Part shown: piece by piece, positions 25,720 through 38,656 of the stretch
Layout: each line of letters begins with the position of its first letter
Position numbering within the stretch: the first letter of the stretch is position 1
From: Vairimorpha necatrix
Taxonomy: Eukaryota
NCBI GenBank assembly: GCA_036630325.1
Contig: CP142733.1
Location: forward strand, 310,001 to 374,000
Direction: 5' to 3'
DNA length: 64,000 nt
The notes under the pieces: generated by a model
Told to the model about the DNA's origin: nothing
The model's database searches: none
The model's input: the letters and a program-made list of their open reading frames with translations, nothing else
Position numbers and translations under genes: made by a program

Positions 25720-27190
25720 GTGAGGGTGAACGGGACGAAACTTTCGGAAAAAATAAAGCCTAAATATTTTAAAAATTTCAAAGACAAAATCTGCATAAAA
25801 CCCCAAATCCACAGTCTTATTTAAAAAATCAGGTAGCCGAATCTCTTTATCAATATATTTTTGTTTACGTTAAAAAACATGATTTAAAACTGTTTGTTGT
25901 ATTATCTTAGTTCTAACTATATCTTCTTCATCCTTTAACTTGCTCATTAATAGATAAAAACTGTAGCGACTAGTACCAAATGTGTTTTTAAGGTATTATG
26001 CCAACCTTCAATAGCATTATTCGTTCTTGGAAATTCTATATCCATATTATTTCGCGTGTGCCACAAATTCGGCGGAAAACGGCATCCTAAATTAATATAA
26101 TTTGTAAAGAAATAGCAATATAACTCAGTCAAGCATTCCGGAAAATTTCCGTCTTGTTTTAGTTCCAAAAAAGTAGACAATATTTCGTCATATTCAACAT
26201 ATGCAAGTGCCGTAAGAGACAAAACAAACTTTTTCACCATAGGTGAACATGTGTAAACAGAAAAAAGTCCCGAACTTTTAACACGCCTATCAATAGCCTG
26301 AGCTAAATGAAAAAGACAACCTAAAATTTGACAATCCGGGGAAACTCTAAAAAATGCTCTTATCGCAGCATACTCAAAATCAGTTTTTATCAACCCTGGG
26401 TTGAGCTCCGGGAACCTTTTCTTTAACATTTGAAACAAAAAACAATAGGTTTCAAAACTTTTATCTTTCAAAATTGCAAATATTATCGGGAATACATGCG
26501 CATCACGGATGAAACTTATTGTGTAAAGTTGATAATATGGAATTGGAACCACAGTAAAAGGTCCATCCATCGCCCACATGTCATATAGAGCCATTTTTTC
26601 ATAGCAGAATCTGTATAAAAAATTATTATACTGTTATTGGGTTCTTCACTCCCGTAATTTTCAGGCCCATATCGATACCATTGTTCGCCTGTATGACTGA
26701 TTAATAAATCAGCACATAGACCCAATTTTTGGTCGACGTATGGTTTTGGATTTAAGGAATTCATCCGAGCATTCCTTAATATCCTTGTAATAGGCTCAAT
26801 TGGACCATTTGCAGCGATTGTTTCTTCCCCAGCTCCTCTTAAGGCAGAAAAAAAAATGTTTCTAGGAGAATCTTTGCCAGAGATAATCTCCCGTTTTATT
26901 TTATTTATTTTATTCTTCTTAAAGACCAGTTCTAGATTTGGTTCATGATTATGAGCCGAAGAAAAAATAAGGGTTCGAGATTATTGACGTAAACAATACT
27001 ACTAATGGCTTTGGCATTACAGCTTCGTACATTGCATCGCTACTTTATAGTAGTTTTGTTAATTCTTTATTTCTCGTAAATATATAGATTTTTATCTATA
27101 ATTTGATCCATATTTCTGTTGCTTTAAATTATCCTTTTTCGTCCAGTCATGGGGGTAAAAAATAAAAAAATAAAAAAGTTCGTTTTTTTT
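25720..27190 (-). mobile_element. MULE/Mutator transposase pseudogene (ATG ~27150; ORFs 26516-26764 and 25947-26594)
   Basis: Motifs WAMDGPF, YQLYTI, TDFE, GCLFHLAQA, RTNNAIEGWH and an N-terminal HNH-ending zinc-finger remnant. Ends are poorly defined. Confidence 0.85.
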
Positions 27191-27214
27191 TTATTTTTTA
27201 AACCCCTAAAACCG

Positions 27215-27652
27215 GGTACAAAAATTACAGATAGTTTGAAGAAAAATGGCAATATGTGGAAATGGACGGAAGAGATGAAAGGGGAATTTACTTAAATGAA
27301 AAGTGTGTAAAGAATTATGGGAAGACTAAGAGTGTTAACTATAATAGGAGTTCATTCTAAAAACAGATGGTAGCAACATGAGATTAGATGGGTGTTACTT
27401 TCGAAGAATAAGAATGGAGAATGGGTTGCTATACAATAAGCATTTAAAAAGCTAACACCAACCGAAGTAAGACATGGTATATCAGAAAAGGAACTGCTTG
27501 CGATATATTGAGGCACTGATAAGTTAAAATCCGATTTAAGAGGTAGGAAATTTAAGATAGAAACGGATCACAAAACACTGGTGGAGATAAGAAACAACCC
27601 GTTTTTTACAAAAACAGAAAAAATCGCTGAATCGAAAGAACACAGAAATATG
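27215..27652 (+). pseudogene. Gypsy RT-connection/RNase H fragment
   Basis: Translates to TDGSN...ISEKELLAI...FKIETDHK. Cut at the Merlin TIR. Confidence 0.75.
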
Positions 27653-28769
27653 GGTTAAATTGCGATGTTACCACCACCCCCTCCCCCACCCCTAAAAAAA
27701 TAAAAAAAAGGGGGAAAAATAAAAAAAAAGAGGAAAAATTATACCCCTAAAATGAACATAAAGAATTTTAGAAAATTAATATATAAAAAGGAGGAATTAT
27801 TTTTATTTCTTCTTGAAAAAAATATATTAAAGGTACCAATGTGCAATAAGTGCATGACACCAATGACCAAAATTAGAAATAATTTGGACAAATATCGTTG
27901 TACTTACGACGAAATGGGAAAAAATGCCCAAACAAAGGTAACATTTACAAAGAAAGCATTTTTAAAAGTTTTAAATTAGATATCTAAGATCTTTTAATTT
28001 TGCTGTGTGAATGGGTTAAAGGTGTAAGCAATGTTTCAGCTACATCGAATTGGATATAGATAGTAGTACCGTGTCTCGCTGGTTTACGTTTTTAATAACG
28101 CTGTATTCTTATCCTATTTCAACTACCTTCAAAACAAAACCATAGGAGGTTTAAATTGCGTAGTTGAAATAGACGAGACATTCCTTGTTAAAAGTAAAAA
28201 CCATAACGTTAGAATCCTTCAATACCAAGTTTGGGCCGTTGGTGGAGTCGTACGAGGAGACAGAATTCTTTTTTGAGAAATTGTTGAAAATCGACCAAGA
28301 ACTACTCTTGTCGATTTAATAAAACGAAAAATCGCACCTGGATCTACAATTATTACTGATTGTTGGCGGGGTTATGAAGGGTTTTCGGAACTATGTCCGG
28401 ATTATAACTATTTACATTTAACTGTAAATCATAGCCAAAATTTTGTAAATCCAACAACAGGCGCCCACATCCAAACAATTGAGGGAATATGGTCTGTAAT
28501 TAAAAGGGAATTGCGCAAAGAAGGAACAAGCCATGGTTCTTTAATGAATCTCATTCGAAAACTTTATATAGCTCGTTTTAAGTTAAATTATAGAGAATCA
28601 CTACTTAAAAGAATGTTATGCTTTTTTATGATTGAAAATATATCATTTTTAAATTACGATTTAGCGCCCGAATTTGATTTTGAATTAATTTAATAAATTT
28701 TGTTTCCCCTTTTTTTTATTTTTTTCCCTTTTTTATTTTTTAGGGGGGGGGTAGCATCGCAATTTAACC
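27653..28769 (+). mobile_element. Merlin transposon (family of 5613), frameshifted
   Basis: Same TIR and near-identical N-terminus MNIKNFRKLIY. Flanks differ. Confidence 0.9.
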
Positions 28770-29421
28770 AATTTTTCTATCATGCGAAGAAAAGGGTATT
28801 ATTGACATATCCTAGGCGGATATATGTCTTGATGAGATTAAAGGCATTTTCAAAACTATTATATTTATTGTTTATTGAGTTTGCTTTATCCTTCTTGCTC
28901 ACCATGCCCTTTTGGGCTTTTTCGCTATTTATAGTTTTACATGTTTGTTTGTAAACAAACAAACAAACAACAAGAAGTTTTAGAAAGATTATTCTTATAA
29001 CGGAGTATAGCGTCTTATTACTTGAACATGAAGTATTTGTTAAGAGAAGTAAACAAATAATGTGATGAGAATGTTTTGTTTAATCAGGTCATCACAATTA
29101 TGTATATAATTAAAGCAAAATCTTAAAAAACAGATAATCCGGAATTTCTTGTATTTATTTATTTTGTAAATACACAGCTAAAAATCGAGTTTAAATGATT
29201 CAAGAAACCTTTTCGACTCTATATTTCATAAATACATAAGAATTTCATTCTACATTGCGGAAGAAGTTATTTGCAGACTGGAACTTTCCCAACACAAGGA
29301 TTAGCAATAAGTGACAGTCTTATATTGGACCCCAACCCCGATTGACTTTTTACAGTGGTATGAGCAGGTCAATCTATATAATCGAAGCCTATAAAGTAAT
29401 TTATCTAGGAATTCTTTCTTG

Positions 29422-30517
29422 GGCGCTCCTTAAATTCAAAATCACAGGGATTAAAAAAATTAAAAATTAAAAAAAACCAAAACCATTTATTCTAACAAAA
29501 GTATTTTTTTGAAAATTTCAGCATAAGTATCTATATTTTTGTCTTTTAGATATTTACTTCTAAATTGGAATTCATATATAAAATCTTCCATATTCACCTT
29601 CATTATTCCTCTTCTTGTTCTTAATTCTGTTTTTAAATGACTCCATAGATTCTCTATTTTATTAGTATGATGTCCATACTCATTAGTAAAGCCAACACTA
29701 TGATTAACAACTTCATGAACAGATCCGAAGTCACGAACAGCAGAACGGTAAGATGCAAAACCATCAGTTCTTATTATCGTTCCTTCGACAACATACTCCT
29801 TAAAAAGCTCTAACATCACAGCCGCAGTCCTATTAGGAACAATTTTTAGAAAACAGTCCCTATCTTCATTTTCTATACCCCCAACCAACCAAGTTGTTCC
29901 AGGTACATCATCTTCCTCTGTAGTAGGATTCGTAATTATACGACCTCTACAGATTGCTGTTTCGTCAACCTGAATAGTTTTACCTATTCCCCCTATTTTT
30001 ACAAAAAATGTATTTATTTCATTTTTTATTTTTTCAAGGATGACCCCCTTGAAAGAAATATATGTGGGCTCGGAGACCTCGCATGTTACTGAGGCCATAG
30101 GGTTAGTCATTTTCATTACCCAACAATACAACATTCTAAGTTGTATATGTGTGGGCATTCGAGACTTCTGGAGAAAAGTACCATTTTTGATACTTTTTCG
30201 CTTTTTGCAGCCATTTGTACAATAAAAGCAGATTCCTTCCAAGTAGTTTTTAGATTTTACTTGGTTCATAAAACAACCACAGTCACACTTTATAGTATTT
30301 CTGTAGAAGTTTAAAGCCTTTAAGTACTCTATAGCTGCTTCTTCTTCAACAAATATTATGCTGTAGAGATTTCTAACTTGCATTAGGGGCAAAAAATTGC
30401 TTTCCTTAAATTCAAAATCATAGGGGCATTTGGAATTTTTTTGTAGAATGTTTACAATACATGTTCGCGAATTTTTTAATTTTTTTAACCCCTGTGATTT
30501 TGAATTTAAGGAGCGCC
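29422..30517 (-). mobile_element. Intact Merlin transposon
   Basis: TIR GGCGCTCCTTAAATTCAAAATCACAGGG (perfect 28 bp). 8-bp TSD CTTTCTTG. Confidence 0.96.
29487..30383 (-). CDS. Merlin/ISXO2-like (IS1595) DDE transposase, 298 aa
   Basis: Uninterrupted ORF from a CCCCTA-ATG start (MQVRNLY). N-terminal Zn ribbon and catalytic motifs QVDET, RTDGF, NKIENLW. Confidence 0.92.
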   Translation of the reverse strand: MQVRNLYSIIFVEEEAAIEYLKALNFYRNTIKCDCGCFMNQVKSKNYLEGICFYCTNGCKKRKSIKNGTFLQKSRMPTHIQLRMLYCWVMKMTNPMASVTCEVSEPTYISFKGVILEKIKNEINTFFVKIGGIGKTIQVDETAICRGRIITNPTTEEDDVPGTTWLVGGIENEDRDCFLKIVPNRTAAVMLELFKEYVVEGTIIRTDGFASYRSAVRDFGSVHEVVNHSVGFTNEYGHHTNKIENLWSHLKTELRTRRGIMKVNMEDFIYEFQFRSKYLKDKNIDTYAEIFKKILLLE

Positions 30518-31724
30518 CTTTCTTGAATTTAAATATCATCAATGTTCAAAAATAATTATATAAAAAACACATCTGGAGATAAAACGAAGAGGGATCAAAC
30601 AAAAGGGATCGAAGGAAAGAGGACTATATAGATTTTACAAGTTTACAACAATATTACTTCGTTGAGCCGATGCCAGACACATATATCCATAACACATAGA
30701 TAAAAACATTCTAAAAATTGCAATTTAAATTACAATTATAAAGTTTAAAAAGATTAGCTTCAGAATAATGAACATGACAAATGCATATGTATAATATGTA
30801 TAAATGCACTATGACAAATTCGGAGATAAGGTACGTTAGACCCCCCCCCTTTAAAGCGCTTCGATTTTTTTTTCGAACCCCAAAATTGAAGTGCAAAAAA
30901 AAGAGGAGCAAGAAAGGGGCCAAAATTTCTTACCACTTAAAACATAAAAAATACAATTTTATTGTATAAAACTGCTTAAAATTAAATTTAAACCAATATA
31001 CGTTTTACAAAAACACCTTTTAACTATATTTTCGATAGGTTGTTGGGATTATTTCTTTTAAAAGAAAACAATTTAAGAAATAGATTTACATCTTTTTCAG
31101 TCCAATATCTTGCAGGAATCACTCTTTTTACACCAGCCCATGTTCCTTCGATTTTAAGTATGAACACCATTCTCTGGATTTATAAAACCAAGGGAATGGT
31201 TAACGGTATAGTGTTCGTATAACTCTAATTGAGTTAAATTTATATACCTTCTCCAACAATCGGAAAAATAATACTTCCAGGATGTACATATTCTGTTATT
31301 AATCTTTCGAGGGTCACTGTTTTTCTATTTTTAACTTTAAGTAAGACTAAGACTCGTTCTGTCGTCCTTCACCATCCCAAGTTGCCATCCGCCGTCAACT
31401 TTGTGGCCTTTGTTGTATTTTCTCTTTCCAAATTTAGACTGTCAATCTCTACAATCATACCTGGACCTCCTATTTTTTTATTACCAGTTACATGCTTACT
31501 TAAGGTTCTGATAATTCTATAAATCGTTTTTCGATTAAAACTATGAATTTTTTTATTTGTTTTTATGGCCGTATTTTCAACAAAAAGAAATATGACCTGG
31601 CATATTATCAGCCTTGCAATTTTGATCCATGAAAAGGTTTCCTTTTTGTTATCGTAAATTCTTTTCTGCAACTTTTTGTTGTACATCTCATTTGATTTTG
31701 TATTTCTTCCCGTCTTTGTACATT

Positions 31725-34473
31725 TGTTACAGTCAAAGTGTACATTCCAGGCAATGTATACATTACCTAGTGAATGTATACATTCACTAAGATTTGTAGT
31801 TAAAGTATTCATTGTAACTGAAATGAACACATTACCTAGTGAATGTATACATTCACGAGCTCCCTCTAGTCAAAGTGTTTACTCACTATTAAAATGAACA
31901 TTTTAACTAGTGAATGCATGTATTATCTAGACAATGTAAGCAGGGTTACTAACCAACTGCAGTCAAGCGATAATTGATGAATTTTAAAATAAAATTAAGT
32001 TGGAACAAGTTTTTTACAGGCACAAGACTATGATCGCCGTTCTAGATTCAGGTTAAAACATAAATGTTGAATTGGGAAATTGAAATTAGAACACACACAA
32101 TGATAGAGTTTTAACAGTAAAAACTAGGTTATATTAAATAAAAATTTTAGTTTTAAATTGAAACACATAATAATTAGAACAAAAGTTAGAACAACATAAA
32201 TAGGTTATAATATTAAATAAAATATATCGAAAAAACGAATTAATAATTGACTCTATGATGATTGCACTAAAGCGACAAAACATAAAATTAGAAAAGATAT
32301 AAATATAAAGCAAAAAAATACAATATAAAAGAAAGAATAATTTGAAACATAAACATAAGTAAAATTAGTAAAAAATGTTATTTATTTCCACAATTTAACC
32401 TTCCATGACATTTGGAGTTGCATAATTTATTTGCTTTAAAGCATGCACATCTTTTTGTTGCGCATTTTGTTTTGCATTGGCATTTGGAAAATCCCTGTCC
32501 GCTACCTATCGACTGTTTGGTAGCTATAGTACGTAATGGCAATTCAATTGCATTGTTTTCAATATCATTTGGCGTTAATATACTTTCAGGACACACGCCA
32601 AATTGAGATCTAGAATATAATCCTTTTAAAATACCATTACGTGTTCCGATTTGATAGTAATCATCACCAGTTTTTGTTAATAAACATCCTAGTACTGCAC
32701 GTGAATCTCCCCGTCCTCTATCAACTTCCGGTACCTTAATTCTAACTGTCATTCCAACCTCCGCCGGAGTATGCGAAGCATCAGAAATTTGTTTCATGCG
32801 CTTAGCTTGCTTGTTCAAGTTTTCTTTTGCTTCTGCTCGAACATAATTGATGCGTGATTGCAACTTACAAATATTGCACATTTTATTGCATTCCGAATTG
32901 AGTAAAATGTCACATCCATCACATTTTCGGTTCTCATTGTCATGTGATGAACTACACTGTTTCTTGTCATTCATTAGCCATTCACTGACGCCTTCTCGAA
33001 GATTATCTGATTCTAGATCTAGATCCTCTTCTTCATTAACTTCTACTTGAGTAATCTCCTGGATACTTTCTTCATTACAATTGATATTTTTAAGAATATT
33101 TTCCAAATCTTCTTCACTGTTTATACTGCTTAATGCCTCGTGTGGTAGGGAAGAAGAGGTAAGGCCGACCTTGGCGGGTTGTCCAAACATTGCCTCGTAA
33201 GGACTTCGCTTTATACCAGCGTGAAGGGCTCGATTTTTCATAAACTGCACATAACCCAGTCCTCTACTCCAATTACTAGTTTGATTCTGTTGCATCCATG
33301 CGGTTAAAATATTCTCAATATCTTGATTTGCACGCTCCACACTGCCTTGAGACTGGCTGTGGCGGGGCTTTCCATGCACAATTTTTAATTCAGGCCATAG
33401 ACCTTTGAAATCATCAATGACGTGGTTGACAAATTCTCTGCCATTGTCCGATTGCAAAATAGATGGTGCCCCAAATAGTAAAAAAATTTGAAGGAGTTGA
33501 TCAGCAACTTCATATGCTGTCTTATTCTTTAGGGGTCTTAGAATGACAAACTTTGTTAAGTGGTCCTGGTACACCAATATAAATTTATAATTATCATCTG
33601 GTTGTGATTGGAAGTCAATTAAATCTACTTGACATCTTGAATTAAAGTGAGAAAACACCATTGGCTTAACCACCAAGCCTTTCTTTTCATTCGCCCTTTT
33701 TTTAAGGCACACTTCACAATTATTTAAAAATATTTGAATATCTTGTGCTGTTATATTTTTAAAGCGAAGGTTAAGCTCCTTTTTCATTCTGTCTCGTCCT
33801 CCATGTCCAATTGATAAATGAGTTTCATATAAAACTTCAAACAATTCTTCAACAGTAACATAATACAGCACTTTTTCATCTGCTATTGGTGCAATTAGTT
33901 TATCCACATTACTCACATACACTGTATCATAATGTTTTAGTAACCAGAAGTGACGATTTTCTTTTTTTCTGAGCTGATTTAGCGGATTTAACATCACTTA
34001 TTAGTTGAGCATATCTTTCCGTATTCATACGAAAGCCGTTAGCTTTTTGTGGAGTATTGTTAATGTGCTGGTAGAACTTATCTTTCATTGGTTGTTTATC
34101 CATTTTATTTTTAGGGTAAAATAATTAAAAATTATTAATTTCTATGGACACATATAATTTAAATAACTCACTTACCATCCAACAATCAGCCAGTGTGTAC
34201 TCTCTTAAACTGCACAGATAGAGCAACATTCAACAGCACACAGTGCATCACGAATAAAGAGGTTAGGTTTAAGGTTTCCTAGCAAATTTAACGATTTAAC
34301 CTACGGATTTAACATACAACACTTTGACTAGAGGGAGCTCGTGAATGTATACATTCACTAGGTAATGTGTTCATTTCAGTTACAATGAATACTTTAACTA
34401 CAAATCTTAGTTGAATGTATACATTCACTAGGTAATGTATACATTGCCTGGAATGTACACTTTGACTGTAACA
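31725..34473 (-). mobile_element. Ginger2-type (Gypsy-integrase) DNA transposon
   Basis: ~155-bp near-perfect TIRs starting TGTTACAGTCAAAGTG, with internal repeats. 4-bp TSD CATT. Confidence 0.93.
32378..34103 (-). CDS. Integrase-type transposase (KRAB-A2/SCAND3-like) with C-terminal Cys-rich domain; one +1 frameshift in an A-run near 33965
   Basis: H-H-C-C zinc motif; DDE motifs QVDLID, QSDNGREF, QGSVER; C-terminal CQCKTKC...CACFK...CNSKCH. CCCTA motif before ATG 34103. Confidence 0.88.
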
Positions 34474-34897
34474 CATTCATAAAACAAAATAGACAAAACC
34501 TTGAATTTAAAGTAGATGTAATTATTTTCTCCAGTATTTTCTCATCGTCCTCATAGAATTCTGTCAATTTTAAGGGTAAAAAATGAAAATTGTCATAAAA
34601 TAGATGAATTTGATTTTAGTTTAAATTTGTTGTAGAAATTTTTTATTTTAAGATATTGGTTTAAGATTTAATTTTAAGCATTTTATATGATTAAATTGTA
34701 TTTTTAATGTTTAAAGTAGTAGGAAATTTTTGTCCCTTTCTTGCATCTCTTTTTTTCCACATCAATTTCGGGGTTCGAAAAAAAATCGAAGCGCTTCAAA
34801 GGTGGAGGGTCTAATGTATCCTTCACCCGACAAATTCTTAAAAATATTAACACGTGTTTAAATAGAACAATGGGTTGACCCACGTATAAGAACCGGG

Positions 34898-36094
34898 GGC
34901 GCTACTTCATTTTCTTGCTTCTAAAAAAACATCAATAAAAATGTACAAAATCGTGTTATTTTTCAAATCTAAACATTTTTTTTTTTTGAAGGGGCAAGAA
35001 AATGAAGTTAAGGTATTATTTGTCGATTTAAGAATTTTAAATGCCTCCTTCAGATTCCTCATTAAGCGGTTAAAAAATTATATTTTTCTAATCCCTTTAT
35101 GAGGAATCATTAAAGGCTATTCGGGAGCTAAATACCTGCGAAGAGGCGTGCTTTAGGAACAATGCAGCAATTGATTTTTTTAGATAATGGTCTTCTAAAA
35201 AGGTCGATTGCTTGCAGACATTGTTCGACATCAGAACATACTGTTCTTATGAACATTAGTGAATATTCCGGTTACATTGACGCTAAAGCTTATCGTTGTA
35301 TTAATAAAAAGTGTAGTTCGAAGAGCTCACTTAAAAATTGTGCGATTTTTAAAGGGATAAGCGTTCAATTTGCGCAATCCTTAAAGCATTCTATTGCTAG
35401 GTATTTAATTATACTACTTACCAAGCAATAGATCTTTGCAAAATATGTGAAAATTTATATATTAAATTGAGGATACAGTGATGGAAGTCATTGCTCCAAA
35501 TGCGAAGATAGCTACCAAATTGAAGGAACTTCTGTTCGTGTACAATTTGATGAAACCACCATATGCAACGGGGTAATTGTATCCAATCCTTCTTCAACTT
35601 TGGATTCCATGCCTGGAATATAATGGATTATAGGCGGCATCTTAGAGGGTAACTGTAGAGAATTTGTTTTTAAATTTCCGAATCTACATTATGATACTAT
35701 TGAAGAGTTTTTTAGACGCAGAGTAAAACGTGGCTCTATTATAATTACTTATGGATATCCTTCTTATCCTTCAGCCTCTAGAAATTTTGGGAGTGAACAT
35801 TACATAGTAAATCATTCGCTTGGGTTTATAAATGCAGAAGGAGACCACACAAATAATATAGAAAATTTGTGGTCCCATTTGAAGAATGAATATAGATTGA
35901 GAATGGGGCTTAAAAGGCATAGGATAAATTTATTTCTAAAAGAATTCGCTTGGGAAAAAAAAATATCAATCATTTCAATAATGATGATTATAGGTGTGCT
36001 TATATAAAAATTTTAGAACTTTGTAAATTTGAATAAATAAAATTTCTTCTAAATAAATTTTTTTCTAGGAAGGGCAAGGAAATGAAGTAGCGCC
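34898..36094 (+). mobile_element. Merlin transposon, degenerate (family of 52350)
   Basis: TIR GGCGCTACTTCATTT. Motifs QFDET, VNHS, HTNNIENLW. Flanks differ. Confidence 0.88.
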
Positions 36095-36572
36095 TATATT
36101 GATATAATAAGAAAAAGTAAGATCAAAAGAAAACACATAATTATGAACTTAAAATCGGTGCTTAGTTTATGTGAGAAACTTCTCTACAAATAAACTCGAT
36201 AAAAAATTTACTTGTCCATACAGGGCAAATCAGAAGGGGAAGAATGGATTATGGTACAAATTAAATAAACTAACAGGATGGTTTCACATGAAACAGTTAA
36301 AGCTTTGAGAGGAGGCAGGATGTTGTGGACTGTTAGTCTTCAAAATTTAATTTATTTCATTCCCTGTCAAAACTATCATAGAATTTTCTACAAAAACTAC
36401 AATAAATAAAATCTCACAAGTGAAGGGCACAAAAAAGGAGACAGATGAGATAAGAAGAGACTAAACAAGCTAAAGGAGCTATGAACAACAAATAAAATAA
36501 ATAAAGATAGTTATACTAGAAATATTTTAGAGTTGTATTTACTCACCGGGGTAGTTAGCCCTGGATACCACA
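36095..36572 (+). mobile_element. 3' end of a Gypsy element related to 345-5285 (integrase tail, PPT, LTR 36321-36572)
   Basis: Similar to 3290-3560. PPT GAGAGGAGGCAGGA then TGTTGTGGACTGTTAGTCTTCAA...CCACA. Confidence 0.82.
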
Positions 36573-36587
36573 GTACTCCATCAATTA

Positions 36588-38600
36588 CTAATTTTGTTTA
36601 GCAACTTCACCTTTTAGCTCTTTATTTATTTCATCTATATGCCTATTAACTACCGATAATTTTTCGCGTTGTTCTTTGGTCAAATATAATCTCTCTGTAT
36701 TATTATCTTCATATCTATTAAAGAGCTCTTTCTTACTCAAAACAAAACCTGGTCTATATACTACATGTTTTTCCAACCAAGATTTAATTTCATCTTCCAC
36801 ATTTTTTAATGTCTCTAATTCCAACTGACATGCTTCATGTATTTGTATCGTAATCTTTCTATATTCTCTCAGTGTATTTATCAGCAATGCAAACATCGAA
36901 CAAACATACCTAGAATCGCTCTCTACTTTCATACATTGATCTAGATCTATTTTTTTCATATTTTTGTTTAGGAATTTCCACGAATTTAGTTTCAAAGGGT
37001 ATAATCTTAACCCGCATCCATAATGCATAATCAGTTGAGGAGAAGGAAAACAGATCGTTCATGGCAAAAACAAAATTAGTTCTTAATTTAAATTTTACTA
37101 TATAATTGTCGTATAAATTACGGGCTGCTATTTCGTCCGAACCACATAGTTTTTTAATAAATTCGGTTTTTAACTTAAAAGACTCTGGTTCAGAAAGTAA
37201 ACCAACTTTGATCGTTTTAAGACCCTTTACCACTGGATTTACAGTTTTTCCACTGTTGCTTTCGGTAGAAAAAAAAAGTTGACTTTAGTGTATCGGAAAA
37301 ACTTTTAAAAACTAAGGATAGAAGTCGCATTAAAAGACTTTCCCATTACTACCAACCCCCCTGAAAACAATAGACTATCATTGGGTTTCCTACTGTCCAA
37401 CCAATAAGCCATAGTGATTACTGCGTAATTCAATACATTAGGGTCTGGGAAGATTGACTTTAATAGAGAATAGGCCATATAAGTATCTTCTTCCTTATAA
37501 TCAAAATCGAAACATTTTGAAAATAAATCCCCTTCGGTGTATGGTCGGATTGTGTATCGAGCTTCTCTTCAAAACTTGAATCGTTCATAGATAAGTATAA
37601 CCCCTACTCGGTCTATATCAGTCACAAATCTGCGCCCTGCCCTTGCTAAATAGACTTCAATGTCATCACTTTGTACAAAGTCAGTGAATGGCCGTAAAAA
37701 TCCTTTAATGAATTTACAATAGCTAAATTAAAGCCTTTACTAGACACCTTCTTCCAAAAATACCCTTCTCGTTAAAAGAGTTGTAAGTTAGACCATTTAA
37801 ATTTTTTTAAAATAAGATGACAATTTAAATATATACCCACCACCTCACCTACTTGTGTTCTAATTATTTTCACCTGTAATTCCATTTCTATTTCCGAATA
37901 CTTCGATGTAATCTCATTAATTAATAATATTTTTTCTAGATTATCACATTTTGATTCCCTTCTTGGGATTGCAGGCGGATTAATTTTAATAAATTTAATA
38001 TAGATTTTCCTATTATCATTATTAATAATAATCTCAATATTATTTATTAAGGCATAAGGTTCTGAATTTTTATAGGCTTCTACGGTTATAACCCTATCCT
38101 CGTATGGAGAACTAACAACATGAGTATTGCCTCTCAATACATGTTTTGGATCTTTCTTGTTAGTAAACGCATTTAAGATTGATGGATTTAAATATTTGGA
38201 AGCAGCTATTTCTATTATGCCTCCCCCGTCGTATTCAAACTAGAAGGCACTCTTATCATGTTGATTGTAAGTATTCATTGACTGCAGATAGATACATAGC
38301 ACCCGATTCAAAAATTAAATTTATTATCTTACAATCTAAAACATTTTCAGTTATTATTTCTTGACCACCTTTACATTCTTCGTCATAGCATTTTAAATAA
38401 ATGATATCTTTAAAAATCATAATCATTCCATGATTTCGTTTATGGGATCGTCCTTTTACTATACATGACCTCGTAAGGCACAATCCCACAATCTGTTTTA
38501 ATGATAGGTACTAATAATTTGGTATAAGGCAGTTTATAAGCCGCCAAAATTGCTACAGATAAATTATAAAAAGCACATAATATAATGAAAAGGCCGTCTA
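36588..38600 (-). pseudogene. Poxvirus D5/P4-type primase-helicase (SF3) remnant
   Basis: Walker A FRGVGSNGK (~37340-37368), SEPE, IKKLCGSDEIAARNLY, FAMND, RVKIIPF. Upstream Zn-finger-like C..KGRSHKRN...LKCYDEEC. Several frameshifts. Confidence 0.85.
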
Positions 38601-38656
38601 CATTCAAACACGTTTTTTTTTATGGAGTACAAGGTGGCCTTCTTGGCATTATTGAA

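Larger units (their letters stand above)
30822..34828 (-). mobile_element. Degenerate Merlin transposon hosting a Ginger insertion
   Basis: Long imperfect TIRs (TTAGACCC...AAAGCGCTTCGATTTTTTT). 9-bp TSD GACAAATTC. Motifs GGPGMIVEID and SDCW. Confidence 0.88.

Noticed and set aside
30384-30542. N-terminal extension of the 351-aa ORF
   Set aside because: It runs through the TIR and TSD into flanking DNA. The CCCCTA-ATG at 30383 is the plausible start.
31936-31962. Microsporidian-like mini-intron GTAAGC...TACTAAC...CAG
   Set aside because: It is antisense within the Ginger 3' region and splicing creates no ATG or ORF.
34142-34178. ATG followed by a GTAAGT...TAG candidate intron upstream of the Ginger ORF
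   Set aside because: The spliced frame is out of register with the integrase and stops quickly.
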